Assembly: GCA_964348615.1 (NCBI GenBank)
Contig: CAYGDE010000001.1
Span: 9,096-73,095, forward strand
Length of the DNA: 64,000 nt
Reading direction: 5' to 3'
From: an uncultured Gammaproteobacteria bacterium
GTDB taxonomy: Bacteria; Patescibacteriota; Microgenomatia; Curtissbacterales; GWA2-41-24
Shown here: positions 1-8,867 of the stretch, one piece after another
Numbering within the stretch: position 1 is the first letter of the stretch
How the letters are laid out: every line of letters begins with the position of its first letter
Translations under genes and position numbers: made by a program
The notes under the pieces: model-generated
Told to the model about the DNA's origin: nothing
The model's input: the letters and a program-made list of their open reading frames with translations, nothing else
Database searches by the model: none

Positions 1-1
1 C

Positions 2-2305
2 AAATTTAAATACATTTTGGTAGACGAATACCAAGATACCAACTTTGCCCAAAACGAACTGGTAAACCTACTTGCCCAAAAAAGCCAAAACATTTGTATT
101 GTCGGTGATGACGACCAAAGTATCTATAAATTCCGCGGTGCGGCAATTTCCAATATCATGGAGTTTAAAAAAACTTATCCAAAGGCAAAACAAGTGGTGC
201 TGACTCAAAATTACCGCTCAACCCAAGCAATTTTAGATAGTGCCTACAAACTTATAAAACACAACGACCCAGACCGGTTAGAAGTCCAAAACCAAATCGA
301 CAAAAAATTAATCACCCATGACGGTCAAGGAATTACACCAAAGGAAATCCTTGCGGACACTATTTCCGAAGAAGCCGACCTGGTTGCCCAAGAGATCGAA
401 AAACTAATGTCCAAAAACAATGTTAAAGGTTATCAATATCGCGACTTTGCAATCCTTGTTCGTGCCAATTCCCAGGCAGATCCTTTTCTGAGGGCATTAA
501 ACATGAGAGGAATCCCTCACAAATTTGTCGGTTCCACAGGGCTTTACCAACAAGAAGAAGTGGGTGTTTTGATTTCTTTTTTAAATGTGATTAGTAATTT
601 AGAGGACAGCCTCAATCTCTATAATTTGGTAACGTCCGAAATTTACAGTCTTTCACCAATCGACGGCATAAAACTTACATCCTTCGCCAAAAGAAAGAAT
701 AGGCCACTGTTTTTTATTTTGAAAAACCTTGATGATTTTGCAAAAGACACCAATATTGAACAATCAGAAGACATTAGCTCCGCAGGAAAATATCAAGATA
801 AAATCGAAATAACAACAGAATCAAAAGCAATAGTTGAAAAAATAATTCAAGATATGGAAGCGGCGATTAATCTGTCCAGGAAAGAAAGTGCCGGAAAAGT
901 TGCTTTTGCTTTTCTCAAACGTACTGGCTATTTACAAAAACTCGAAAGCATTCCGCCAGCTGGCGGAGGCATAGAAGGCCAATTAAAAGTTCAAAACATT
1001 GCTAAGTTTTTCGACAAGATAAAAGAATTTGAAAACATTGCCCAGGCCGATACTGTTTCTCAATTTGTCGATTATCTCAATTCTTCAAGAGAAGCGGGGG
1101 ATGATCCGGCAACCGTGGAATTTGACCCGGATTTGGATGCTGTAAATGTCATGACCGTCCACAGCGCCAAAGGTTTAGAGTTTCCAGTTGTCTTTTTAGT
1201 AGGTTTAGTTTCCGATAGGTTTCCAACCCGTGCTAGAAAAGAACCAATAGAAATGCCGCAAGAATTAATTAAAGAAACTTTACCAGCAGGAGACTGGCAT
1301 ATCCAAGAGGAAAGAAGACTTTTTTATGTTGGTATGACGCGAGCCAAAGACTTACTTTGGTTAACATGGTCAAGGGATGTTGGGGGAGCAAGGATAAAAA
1401 AGATTTCACCATTTGTGCAAGAGGCATTAGGAAAAGTTAATAATAGCCCTGCAAGTACAAAGCTTTCACCGTTGGAAAAAATTAAAAAATTTGCACCCGT
1501 CCCGCCCAAGAATACTCAAACAATGCTTTTGGATGTGGATGTTTTAAAGCTTACTCAAGGATCCATAGACGATTATCTTACATGCGCTTATAAATACAGA
1601 TATGTTCATATTCTAAAAATTCCCATCCTCAAACACCACGCAATAGTTTATGGTTCTGCCTTACATGGAGCTGTGGCACAATTTTGGAAAAGCAAAAAAA
1701 GGGGCCAAATGTTGACTCTCCCACAAGTTCTAGAAGTTTTTGAAAGTCTTTGGGATTCTGAAGGTTTTTTAAGTCTGGAACATGAGCATAAAAGAAAAAA
1801 TCAAGGAAAACTCGTCTTGGAAAATTTCTATAAGCGCGAAGCAAAAAGCCCAGAAGTCCCAAGCCTTATTGAGACCGGTTTCAAGTTTTCCCTGACAGAT
1901 ATTACAGTTGTAGGAAGGTACGACAGGGTAGACGTAAAGGAGGGCCAAAAAGTACGGATTATCGATTACAAATCTTCCGAAAATATAGACCAAAAAAGAG
2001 CCAATGCCCAAGCTAAAGAATCAATCCAGCTGGCAATTTATGCCCTTTCCTACTACAAAGCTTACAAAATAATTCCCGAATATGTCGGCCTGCACTTTTT
2101 GGAAAATGGACAAGAAGGCGGTTACGCGCCGACCATGGAAGATATCAAAAAAGCCGAAGAGTTGATACTTTCAACTGCTCAAAAAATTGCCCGCGATGCA
2201 AAAAACAATACTTTTGCCCCAAACCCTAAATATTTTGGCAACGTTCCTGCTTGTAACTACTGTGCATACAACACCATCTGTCCATTTTCTTTAGCTAAAG
2301 TTTAG
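2..2305 (+). CDS. UvrD-family helicase C-terminal half fused to a RecB/Cas4-like PD-(D/E)XK nuclease with a Cys4 cluster; 5'-partial at the window edge
   Basis: The frame is open from nt 2 (KFKYILVDEYQDTN = UvrD motif III). Helicase motifs present: VHSAKGLEFPVVF and RRLFYVGMTRAK. The C-terminal nuclease has GRYDRVD...IIDYKSS...QLAIYA plus Cys in DYLTCAY and CNYCAYNTIC. Confidence 0.8.
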   Translation, partial: KFKYILVDEYQDTNFAQNELVNLLAQKSQNICIVGDDDQSIYKFRGAAISNIMEFKKTYPKAKQVVLTQNYRSTQAILDSAYKLIKHNDPDRLEVQNQIDKKLITHDGQGITPKEILADTISEEADLVAQEIEKLMSKNNVKGYQYRDFAILVRANSQADPFLRALNMRGIPHKFVGSTGLYQQEEVGVLISFLNVISNLEDSLNLYNLVTSEIYSLSPIDGIKLTSFAKRKNRPLFFILKNLDDFAKDTNIEQSEDISSAGKYQDKIEITTESKAIVEKIIQDMEAAINLSRKESAGKVAFAFLKRTGYLQKLESIPPAGGGIEGQLKVQNIAKFFDKIKEFENIAQADTVSQFVDYLNSSREAGDDPATVEFDPDLDAVNVMTVHSAKGLEFPVVFLVGLVSDRFPTRARKEPIEMPQELIKETLPAGDWHIQEERRLFYVGMTRAKDLLWLTWSRDVGGARIKKISPFVQEALGKVNNSPASTKLSPLEKIKKFAPVPPKNTQTMLLDVDVLKLTQGSIDDYLTCAYKYRYVHILKIPILKHHAIVYGSALHGAVAQFWKSKKRGQMLTLPQVLEVFESLWDSEGFLSLEHEHKRKNQGKLVLENFYKREAKSPEVPSLIETGFKFSLTDITVVGRYDRVDVKEGQKVRIIDYKSSENIDQKRANAQAKESIQLAIYALSYYKAYKIIPEYVGLHFLENGQEGGYAPTMEDIKKAEELILSTAQKIARDAKNNTFAPNPKYFGNVPACNYCAYNTICPFSLAKV

Positions 2306-2948
2306 CATTTCTTCTTTTATAAAAATCAAAAACTAAAGAAGAAATCTCCAAGGCTGCAAAAGCAAATATATAAACACTCCAAACACTTATTTGCTGCAAG
2401 CCCGTGTGCAAAACCAAAAGCCATAAAACCACATAAACAATCCTATGAAGTTTTTTCCATAACCTGCCAAGTTTTTTAACACTCCAGTTATTGGAAGTTA
2501 AAAACATAAAAAGCAGCAAAATAAAAGCAAGAAATCCAAAGTACTCAAAAGTTGGCCATGGTAGCGAAATCGGGGAAAGCCCAGTCAGACGCCCAAGTCC
2601 TCTTACTAAATGGTAATGCGAAAAGGATAAGATAAAAACCAGTATTCCAAGCTGTCTTCTAAAAATAGTAATAATTCTTGTTATTCTAATCTCAATTCCA
2701 AACCTGCCTAAAATACCCGGTAATACTACAAACCCTAAAAGCAAAATTGCCGCTCGCCCAAAATTCTTGCCTATTTCGTAAAAGAACTGGAAATATGGCC
2801 CTTGGGTCAGTTCAAAATAGCTTCCAAATCCTAAAGAAACAATCAGTATTGCCAAATATAAGAATTTAAAGTAGGGAATAATCAGGCTACTTCTTTTTGC
2901 GACCTCGAAGTAGATTTTTTCTTGAAAGTTTTGGGAATCCGTCTCCAT
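2295..2948 (-). CDS. polytopic membrane protein (about 6 TM; conserved His in TM helices; possibly a ferric-reductase/MsrQ-like transmembrane domain)
   Basis: The reverse complement of 2946-2948 is ATG (METDSQNF...) and the stop TAG is the reverse complement of 2295-2297. The ORF track labels it '+', but there is no ATG on the + strand there. The protein is strongly hydrophobic, with HYHLVRG and HRIVYVVLWLLVLH. Confidence 0.55.
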   Translation of the reverse strand: METDSQNFQEKIYFEVAKRSSLIIPYFKFLYLAILIVSLGFGSYFELTQGPYFQFFYEIGKNFGRAAILLLGFVVLPGILGRFGIEIRITRIITIFRRQLGILVFILSFSHYHLVRGLGRLTGLSPISLPWPTFEYFGFLAFILLLFMFLTSNNWSVKKLGRLWKKLHRIVYVVLWLLVLHTGLQQISVWSVYIFAFAALEISSLVFDFYKRRNAKL

Positions 2949-3016
2949 TAAAAGTTATTCTTAATTTTAACATTCCAACATATTGCTGCTTCATCTGTTG
3001 TACAATATTAAAATAA

Positions 3017-3877
3017 ATGAAGCTAAAATTTGTTACGGTTTTAACTTTTGTGGTAATCTCCCAGATTTTTGCCAAACAAGCAAACTCACACCTCGAGGAC
3101 ACACAGCCATTTTTAAAAATCAACGGTCAAAACACAAGCACCTATTCCAGCCCACTCACCTCGAGTTTTTTTGATATCCCCGAAGACCAGGCACCACAAA
3201 ATTACGAAATAAACCAAAAGTTGGAGTTTGAAATAGACACGGAAGCTTTGCAGATTCCACATGAGATTGTTGCAAAAAGTACTTTTGACTGGGATTTTGG
3301 CGACGGCCAAAAAGGCCAGGGCACCAAAAGCACTCATACCTACACAAAAGCTGGTCCATATATTTTAAAAATCAATGTCACATATAACGACATCGATGCA
3401 CCTACTCTTTTGGAAACGACACTTATAAATGTACTTCCAGATGCCAGTTATCAGCTGCCTCAAGTTGAAATCTTAGTTAATGGCAAAGTTATAAAAGACG
3501 TTACCACCGATATTTTTAAAATCCCACACAACCAATCCATCGATTTTCAAGCCCAGGTTAAAAATTCACCATCTACCCAAATAGTCCAGTACACCTGGGA
3601 CTTTGGAGACAGCCAAAAAGCAAGTGGTCCTCATACCACACACGTATATAAAAAGAACCCAGACAGAACTCAATTTTTCCCAATAGTTCATGCAGTAGAC
3701 GAAAATGGGTTTTTTGCAGATGCCTATGTACAAATTACTGCTCAAAACGGCGCAGAAGAAAACACCAGCAGTTCAAGCACAAAAATAAAAGCCCCCATTT
3801 TAATAGTTGGTTTAATAATTGTCATAGTTTTAGCGTTTGCAGCCTTTACGGCTCTTTCCAAATTCAAAAAACGCTAA
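3017..3877 (+). CDS. secreted protein with two PKD-like repeats and a C-terminal TM anchor
   Basis: Signal peptide MKLKFVTVLTFVVISQIFA. Repeats WDFGDGQKGQGTKSTHTYTKAGPY and WDFGDSQKASGPHTTHVYKK. C-terminal hydrophobic stretch followed by KFKKR. Confidence 0.7.
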   Translation: MKLKFVTVLTFVVISQIFAKQANSHLEDTQPFLKINGQNTSTYSSPLTSSFFDIPEDQAPQNYEINQKLEFEIDTEALQIPHEIVAKSTFDWDFGDGQKGQGTKSTHTYTKAGPYILKINVTYNDIDAPTLLETTLINVLPDASYQLPQVEILVNGKVIKDVTTDIFKIPHNQSIDFQAQVKNSPSTQIVQYTWDFGDSQKASGPHTTHVYKKNPDRTQFFPIVHAVDENGFFADAYVQITAQNGAEENTSSSSTKIKAPILIVGLIIVIVLAFAAFTALSKFKKR

Positions 3878-4395
3878 TGGTTTTTTTACTCATTCTACTT
3901 TTTGTATTTATACTACTTTTACTTGCATTTATAGTAGGCTGTCTAACCATACTATTTTCCGATCTTTTTTTAGACCTTCCGTACGTTGGGGCAAATAATA
4001 AAAGGATAGAAACAATTTTAAAGTTTGCAAACCCCAAAAAAGGCAAAATAGTAATGGATTTAGGGTCCGGTGATGGCCGCCTTCTTATCTCTTGCGCCAA
4101 AAAAGGCGCAGTGGCAATAGGCTACGAGCTAAATCCTCTAATGTACTGGTTTTCCAAATTTAAAACACGTAAATTTTCAAAAAATATCAAAATCATTCGT
4201 CAAAATTTTTGGCAGGCAAATCTGAAAGAAACAAATGTTATTTTTGTCTATAGCTTAAAAAAATACATGCAAAAATTTGAAGATTTAATTTACAAAAACG
4301 CCAAAAAAGGGACACGCGTCATAGTTAACACCAACCCTTTCCCCAACAGAAAACCCATTAAAAAAGAAGATGGAGTTTTCCTCTATAAGGTTTAA
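3877..4395 (+). CDS. class I SAM-dependent methyltransferase with an N-terminal TM helix
   Basis: Motif I VMDLGSGDGRLL; 4-nt overlap with the upstream stop (TAATG). Confidence 0.65.
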   Translation: MVFLLILLFVFILLLLAFIVGCLTILFSDLFLDLPYVGANNKRIETILKFANPKKGKIVMDLGSGDGRLLISCAKKGAVAIGYELNPLMYWFSKFKTRKFSKNIKIIRQNFWQANLKETNVIFVYSLKKYMQKFEDLIYKNAKKGTRVIVNTNPFPNRKPIKKEDGVFLYKV

Positions 4396-4396
4396 A

Positions 4397-5410
4397 TTAA
4401 CCTCTAGTTGCCCTCAATAAGGCCCATCTGGCGCGGTCTGCAACACTCAATGCTTTATATAAAAGTGGGTTCAATACCAAATCATAGGTTCCAACATATT
4501 CAACATGTGAAGGATTATATCCAGCTTTGAATCTATGAAACCCAAACCACGGGTCGGAAGTATCTGGTTCTTTTCCTAAAGCTCCCCACATATCGAAAGT
4601 GAAAAAACCCATTTTTTGCCCTAACATTATCGCTTCCCAGCAAACTAAATTAGAAGCCATAACCTCTCTGTGTTCTATCGAGGATCCACCATATGGGTAG
4701 TAAAGTGTATCGCCAAATGAAAAAAGCATCCATGCAACAAGTGGAGTATTTTGATATTTGGCAATTAGCACTCTTGCCATCTTGGCACCTTTTAAAGTTT
4801 CCCAAGCGTGTTTGTGATAATTTGGCGTATGGCCAAAATATTTTTGCCGTTTTGTAGTTTCAAAATAAAGCTTTAGGTAAATTTCAAAATCTTCGTCTTT
4901 TGTACTTTCGTAAACTACGACACCTTTTTTCTTGGCAACGCCAATGTTGTATCTAGTTTTAGGATGCAGGTTTGCAAATAATTCCTGCTCACTTTTTTTT
5001 AGGTCTAATAAAAAATTATATTTGGTAAACAAAGACTTTTTAGCCTCGACAAATCCTAATTTTTCTAACTGGTCTCTGGCTACTGGTCTCTCGTTATTAA
5101 CAACTACATTTGGCTCAATCTTCACAAACGCAGCATTTTTAGCCCTCCCTAAATCTCTGAGTGTTTTTACCATTGCAGTATCTGGAAGTGGACCTTTTGG
5201 TAAATACCCTACCGTCTGTTTAAAATATGGAACAGAGTGAAATGTTAATTGATACGCGCGGACCATTTTAGCTCCGTCAAAATGCCCTAGTCTTACCAAA
5301 TCCACCCCAGTTTTTTTTCTAAATTCACCCCATTCCCACGACTGAATGACATGAGAAACGAGCTTGTTGTAGGTATTTTTCTCTTTTTCCAAAACTTCGC
5401 GAACAATCAT
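4397..5410 (-). CDS. FemAB-family peptidoglycan interpeptide-bridge aminoacyltransferase (FemX/MurM-like)
   Basis: 337 aa with whole-length resemblance to the FemABX fold (HFDGAKMVRAYQLTF, YPYGGSS, GYNPSHVEY). Start is the reverse complement of 5408-5410. Confidence 0.6.
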   Translation of the reverse strand: MIVREVLEKEKNTYNKLVSHVIQSWEWGEFRKKTGVDLVRLGHFDGAKMVRAYQLTFHSVPYFKQTVGYLPKGPLPDTAMVKTLRDLGRAKNAAFVKIEPNVVVNNERPVARDQLEKLGFVEAKKSLFTKYNFLLDLKKSEQELFANLHPKTRYNIGVAKKKGVVVYESTKDEDFEIYLKLYFETTKRQKYFGHTPNYHKHAWETLKGAKMARVLIAKYQNTPLVAWMLFSFGDTLYYPYGGSSIEHREVMASNLVCWEAIMLGQKMGFFTFDMWGALGKEPDTSDPWFGFHRFKAGYNPSHVEYVGTYDLVLNPLLYKALSVADRARWALLRATRG

Positions 5411-5985
5411 AAAAGTTTAAAAATTTTCAACATCAAATATGGTTCACAAAAACCTACAATAGTTCCCAAAATTACCTCAACACGTGTATGTGCTTTCAAA
5501 TTTAATCTAGCAAAAGCAACAATAGGAACAATCAAAAATAGCCACAGTAATTGCCAGTCGTAAAGATAATTTAGAATAAAGACAAAAAAAGTATTTATGA
5601 ACATGTGGGCGCTAATTTTGAAAAACATGGTAATTGCAGTCATCGTTAACATAAAAATAAAGACAATTAGATGAAGTTGAAAAAATAAAAGGCTACCCAA
5701 AAAGTAAGAAATAACAGTTGCGAAAAAAACTAAAGAGGTAGTAATTGCAAAAAGTTGGGGTCTGTCCTCGCGTTTAATTAAATTTGCATCTTTTATTCTC
5801 CCGCCATTTAAAAGAAATATGTAAACCAGAATTGGTGCCAAAACATCAACCAAATGTAAAATTATAATCGTTGTTTTATTGTGTTCCGTTCGTAGACCAG
5901 CTTGTGATACAGCAGCAATTATAAAAATTGGCACCCAGGTGTAATATTGAAAAACATTGGTAACTATTTTAGAAAATTGCCTCAT
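5407..5985 (-). CDS. PAP2-family (phosphatidic-acid/undecaprenyl-PP phosphatase-like) integral membrane protein
   Basis: Polytopic. PSGH-like KISAHMF and SRx5Hx3(D/E)-like FARLNLKAHTRVEV motifs. Stop overlaps the FemAB start. Confidence 0.45.
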   Translation of the reverse strand: MRQFSKIVTNVFQYYTWVPIFIIAAVSQAGLRTEHNKTTIIILHLVDVLAPILVYIFLLNGGRIKDANLIKREDRPQLFAITTSLVFFATVISYFLGSLLFFQLHLIVFIFMLTMTAITMFFKISAHMFINTFFVFILNYLYDWQLLWLFLIVPIVAFARLNLKAHTRVEVILGTIVGFCEPYLMLKIFKLL

Positions 5986-6016
5986 CTTACTATGATTGCG
6001 AAGTATTGCTTTTATG

Positions 6017-7828
6017 TCAAACTGGTGTCACCAACTCTTCCGGTATATCAACCACAAACCTCGAAACCATGTTTGTAGAAGTTGTACCAAAATATAATCT
6101 TTGCGAAGCATACGAAAGATAAAGTTTTTCTTTTGCGCGCGTCATACCTACATAGGCCAGTCGCCGTTCTTCCTCAATTTGTGACGCATCTAACATTGAA
6201 CGGGAATGTGGGAACAAACCTTCTTCCATTCCAACAATAAAAACATTGTCAAATTCCAAACCTTTTGCGGCATGAATTGTCATTAATGTCACAAATTCAG
6301 ATTCATTAGATTCAAACGATTTGTCCGGCGAAACCTTGCCCTCCATTAGAGTAATGTTTTCCAAAAAATCCGAAAGATTATTAAATTCCGCCGCCACCGA
6401 TTTTAATTCCTTAACATTTTCAACCCGCATCAAGCCTTGTTCAGTGCCATCATCAATTACAAGCAAGTAATCAGTTGCTTCCAACACCTTATCAATCAAC
6501 TCCACAGGCTTCAAATTACTTTGATTATTTGACTCTCTATCTCTTTGACCCTCTAACTTCTCCCGCATTTCCAAAAACTTTTGAAATCTTCGCTTACCTA
6601 ATTTTTCCGCGCGCTTTTGGGCAACTGCATCCTTGGAGTTGGCAATCAAGCGCAAATAACAAACAACGTCTTTAATTTCTTTGCGTTCATAAAACCTTAC
6701 TCCACCATAAATTCGGTAAGCAATATTGGCATGCAAAAATGCTTCTTCAACGGTTCTCGATTGGGCATTGGTCCGGTATAAAATCGCAAAAGAAGACAGG
6801 GTTTTTCTGGAAGTTAAAATTTTGTTAACAATAAAATTCGCCTCATCCACTTCGTTGATTGCCCCATAAATACTTATTTTTTCACCCAAACCATTTTCGG
6901 TCCAAAGCTTTAAAACTGGATGCGAATTATTGTGGGAAATTATTTTGTTTGCCGCCGAAAGAATATTTTGGGTGCTTCTATAATTTTGTTCCAAATTAAA
7001 AACCACAGCGTTTGGGAAATCGTGTTCAAAATTTAAAATATTGCGAAAGTCTGCACCTCGAAAAGAATAAATTGCTTGTGAAGCATCACCAACGACTGTT
7101 AAATTACCATGCACACTGGAAAGCATTTTCGTTAAAATATACTGAGCCGTATTTACATCCTGGTATTCATCCACCAAAACATATTCAAATCTTCCGGCCC
7201 ATTTAGCCAAAACATTTGGGTTTTCTTGCAGAAGCTTAACTGTCATAAACAGCAAGTCATCAAAATCCAATGCATCCATTTGGGCAAGTGCTCTTTGGTA
7301 AATGTCATAAACCCTGGCAACAGTTTCTGCAAAATACCCATGCGCGAATTGTTGATAGTCGGAAGGCGATACAAGTTCGCTTTTAGCGGAAGAAATAGCA
7401 TTTAAAATTGAACTGGGTTTAAAGTTTTTGGTAGATATATCCGAATCTGTCATTATTTTTTTAACCAAAGAAACACTGTCGTCGTTGTCGTAAATTAGAA
7501 AGTTCTGGGCAATTCCAGAAAATTTACCGTCAATTCTTAAAAGCTTGGAACAAAAAGCATGAAATGTGCCAACATAAGGCGCTACTTTGCCCATCTTTTC
7601 TCCAACAAGCTTATGCACTCGTTCTTTCATTTCATTAGCTGCTTTGTTGGTAAAAGTAATAAGAAGGATATTTTCTGGCCTTACACCTTTTTCTATTAAG
7701 TGGGCTGCTTTATATGTTAAAACCCGCGTTTTACCGCTGCCGGCTCCAGCCAATATTAAAACCGGCCCATCGGTTTGCAAAGCCGCCTTTTTTTGTTGAG
7801 GATCCAAGTCGGAAAGTAATTTCATCAT
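6017..7828 (-). CDS. UvrD/PcrA/Rep-family ATP-dependent DNA helicase
   Basis: Walker A GAGSGKTRVL, VDEYQDVN, TIHAAKGLEFDNVF, RRLAYVGMTRAKEKL. Confidence 0.9.
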   Translation of the reverse strand: MMKLLSDLDPQQKKAALQTDGPVLILAGAGSGKTRVLTYKAAHLIEKGVRPENILLITFTNKAANEMKERVHKLVGEKMGKVAPYVGTFHAFCSKLLRIDGKFSGIAQNFLIYDNDDSVSLVKKIMTDSDISTKNFKPSSILNAISSAKSELVSPSDYQQFAHGYFAETVARVYDIYQRALAQMDALDFDDLLFMTVKLLQENPNVLAKWAGRFEYVLVDEYQDVNTAQYILTKMLSSVHGNLTVVGDASQAIYSFRGADFRNILNFEHDFPNAVVFNLEQNYRSTQNILSAANKIISHNNSHPVLKLWTENGLGEKISIYGAINEVDEANFIVNKILTSRKTLSSFAILYRTNAQSRTVEEAFLHANIAYRIYGGVRFYERKEIKDVVCYLRLIANSKDAVAQKRAEKLGKRRFQKFLEMREKLEGQRDRESNNQSNLKPVELIDKVLEATDYLLVIDDGTEQGLMRVENVKELKSVAAEFNNLSDFLENITLMEGKVSPDKSFESNESEFVTLMTIHAAKGLEFDNVFIVGMEEGLFPHSRSMLDASQIEEERRLAYVGMTRAKEKLYLSYASQRLYFGTTSTNMVSRFVVDIPEELVTPV

Positions 7829-7935
7829 TCTATATTCTACAACCTCTGGCTTCTTCCGCTCTCAAGAGCAGAGTCCCGCCCAAAAAGGGCGGTTGGCTCT
7901 TTTGTCCCCTTTGTAACTTCTGTATAATACTTCAT

Positions 7936-8199
7936 ATGGTTAAATTCTTAGACTTCTGGGCAGAGTGGTGTGGTCCTTGCAAGTTCATGGAGCCGGTACT
8001 AGAAGAATTGGAAAAAGAACTTAAAGGCAAAGTCGAGATAGAAAAGATTAATGTGGACGAAAATCAGGAATCCGCAGCCAAATACGGCGTTATGTCCATA
8101 CCCACATATATTGTTTTAAAAGACGACAAAGAGGTGGAAAGAGTAATCGGTGCTACATCCAAGGAAAATCTTGAAAAAGCGATCGCCAAAGCACTATGA
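7936..8199 (+). CDS. trxA: thioredoxin
   Basis: MVKFLDFWAEWCGPCK. The longer 7714 start in the ORF track runs through the divergent promoter region and a hairpin. Confidence 0.9.
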   Translation: MVKFLDFWAEWCGPCKFMEPVLEELEKELKGKVEIEKINVDENQESAAKYGVMSIPTYIVLKDDKEVERVIGATSKENLEKAIAKAL

Positions 8200-8861
8200 C
8201 AGATGCCCCACCGTTTGTTATTGCCAACTTCAAGGCGAACAAAACCCTTGAGGAGTTAATATCCTGGCTTGAACAAGTTGAAAAAAATACCCAAAATTTT
8301 CCAGGAACCGTCGCAGTTGCACCATCCCATCCATTCCTTGCAGTCTTACATCAAAAAATTAAATCGTCCGGTTGGCGGATTAAACTTGCCGCACAAGATA
8401 TTTCCAAATTCGAACAAGGGGCATATACCGGCGAATTTGCAGCAAGCCAAATAAAAAACATTTGCACCTATTCTATAATTGGCCATTCAGAAAGACGCCA
8501 AAATTTCAAAGAAGACAACGAAGCGCTTTCCCAAAAAGTTAAAAATGCCAAAAGCGTACAAATCGAGCCCATTTTTTGTGTTCAAGACGAAAACACCGAT
8601 ATTCCAGAAGGCGTAGCAGTAGTAGCTTATGAGCCAGTGTTTGCAATTGGTACTGGCAACCCAGACACCCCCGAAAATGCCAAAAGCGTCGCTCAAAATA
8701 TAAAATCCCGAGGCCAATACACAGTAATTTATGGCGGTTCGGTAAATAGCCAAAATGCAAAAACATTTTTAGAAAAAGACTTACTAGATGGTTTATTGGT
8801 AGGCAAAGCGAGTCTAGATGCTGGCGAATTTATAAAAATTTTAGAATCTACAGATTATTAA
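8196..8861 (+). CDS. tpiA: triosephosphate isomerase
   Basis: IANFKAN, GHSERR, AYEPVFAIGTG, YGGSV, LLVGKASL. Confidence 0.85.
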   Translation: MTDAPPFVIANFKANKTLEELISWLEQVEKNTQNFPGTVAVAPSHPFLAVLHQKIKSSGWRIKLAAQDISKFEQGAYTGEFAASQIKNICTYSIIGHSERRQNFKEDNEALSQKVKNAKSVQIEPIFCVQDENTDIPEGVAVVAYEPVFAIGTGNPDTPENAKSVAQNIKSRGQYTVIYGGSVNSQNAKTFLEKDLLDGLLVGKASLDAGEFIKILESTDY

Positions 8862-8867
8862 TTTTCT

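Noticed and set aside
2295-2948. The ORF track lists this 217-aa ORF on the + strand.
   Set aside because: There is no ATG at 2295 on the + strand. The protein METDSQNF... is read from the reverse complement starting at 2948 (atggagacg) and ending with TAG (reverse complement of 2295-2297). I therefore annotated it as minus-strand.
7714-7935. Long N-terminal extension of trxA (161-aa ORF).
   Set aside because: The extension crosses the divergent promoter and the GC hairpin. Canonical thioredoxin begins at MVKFLDFWAEWCGPC (7936).
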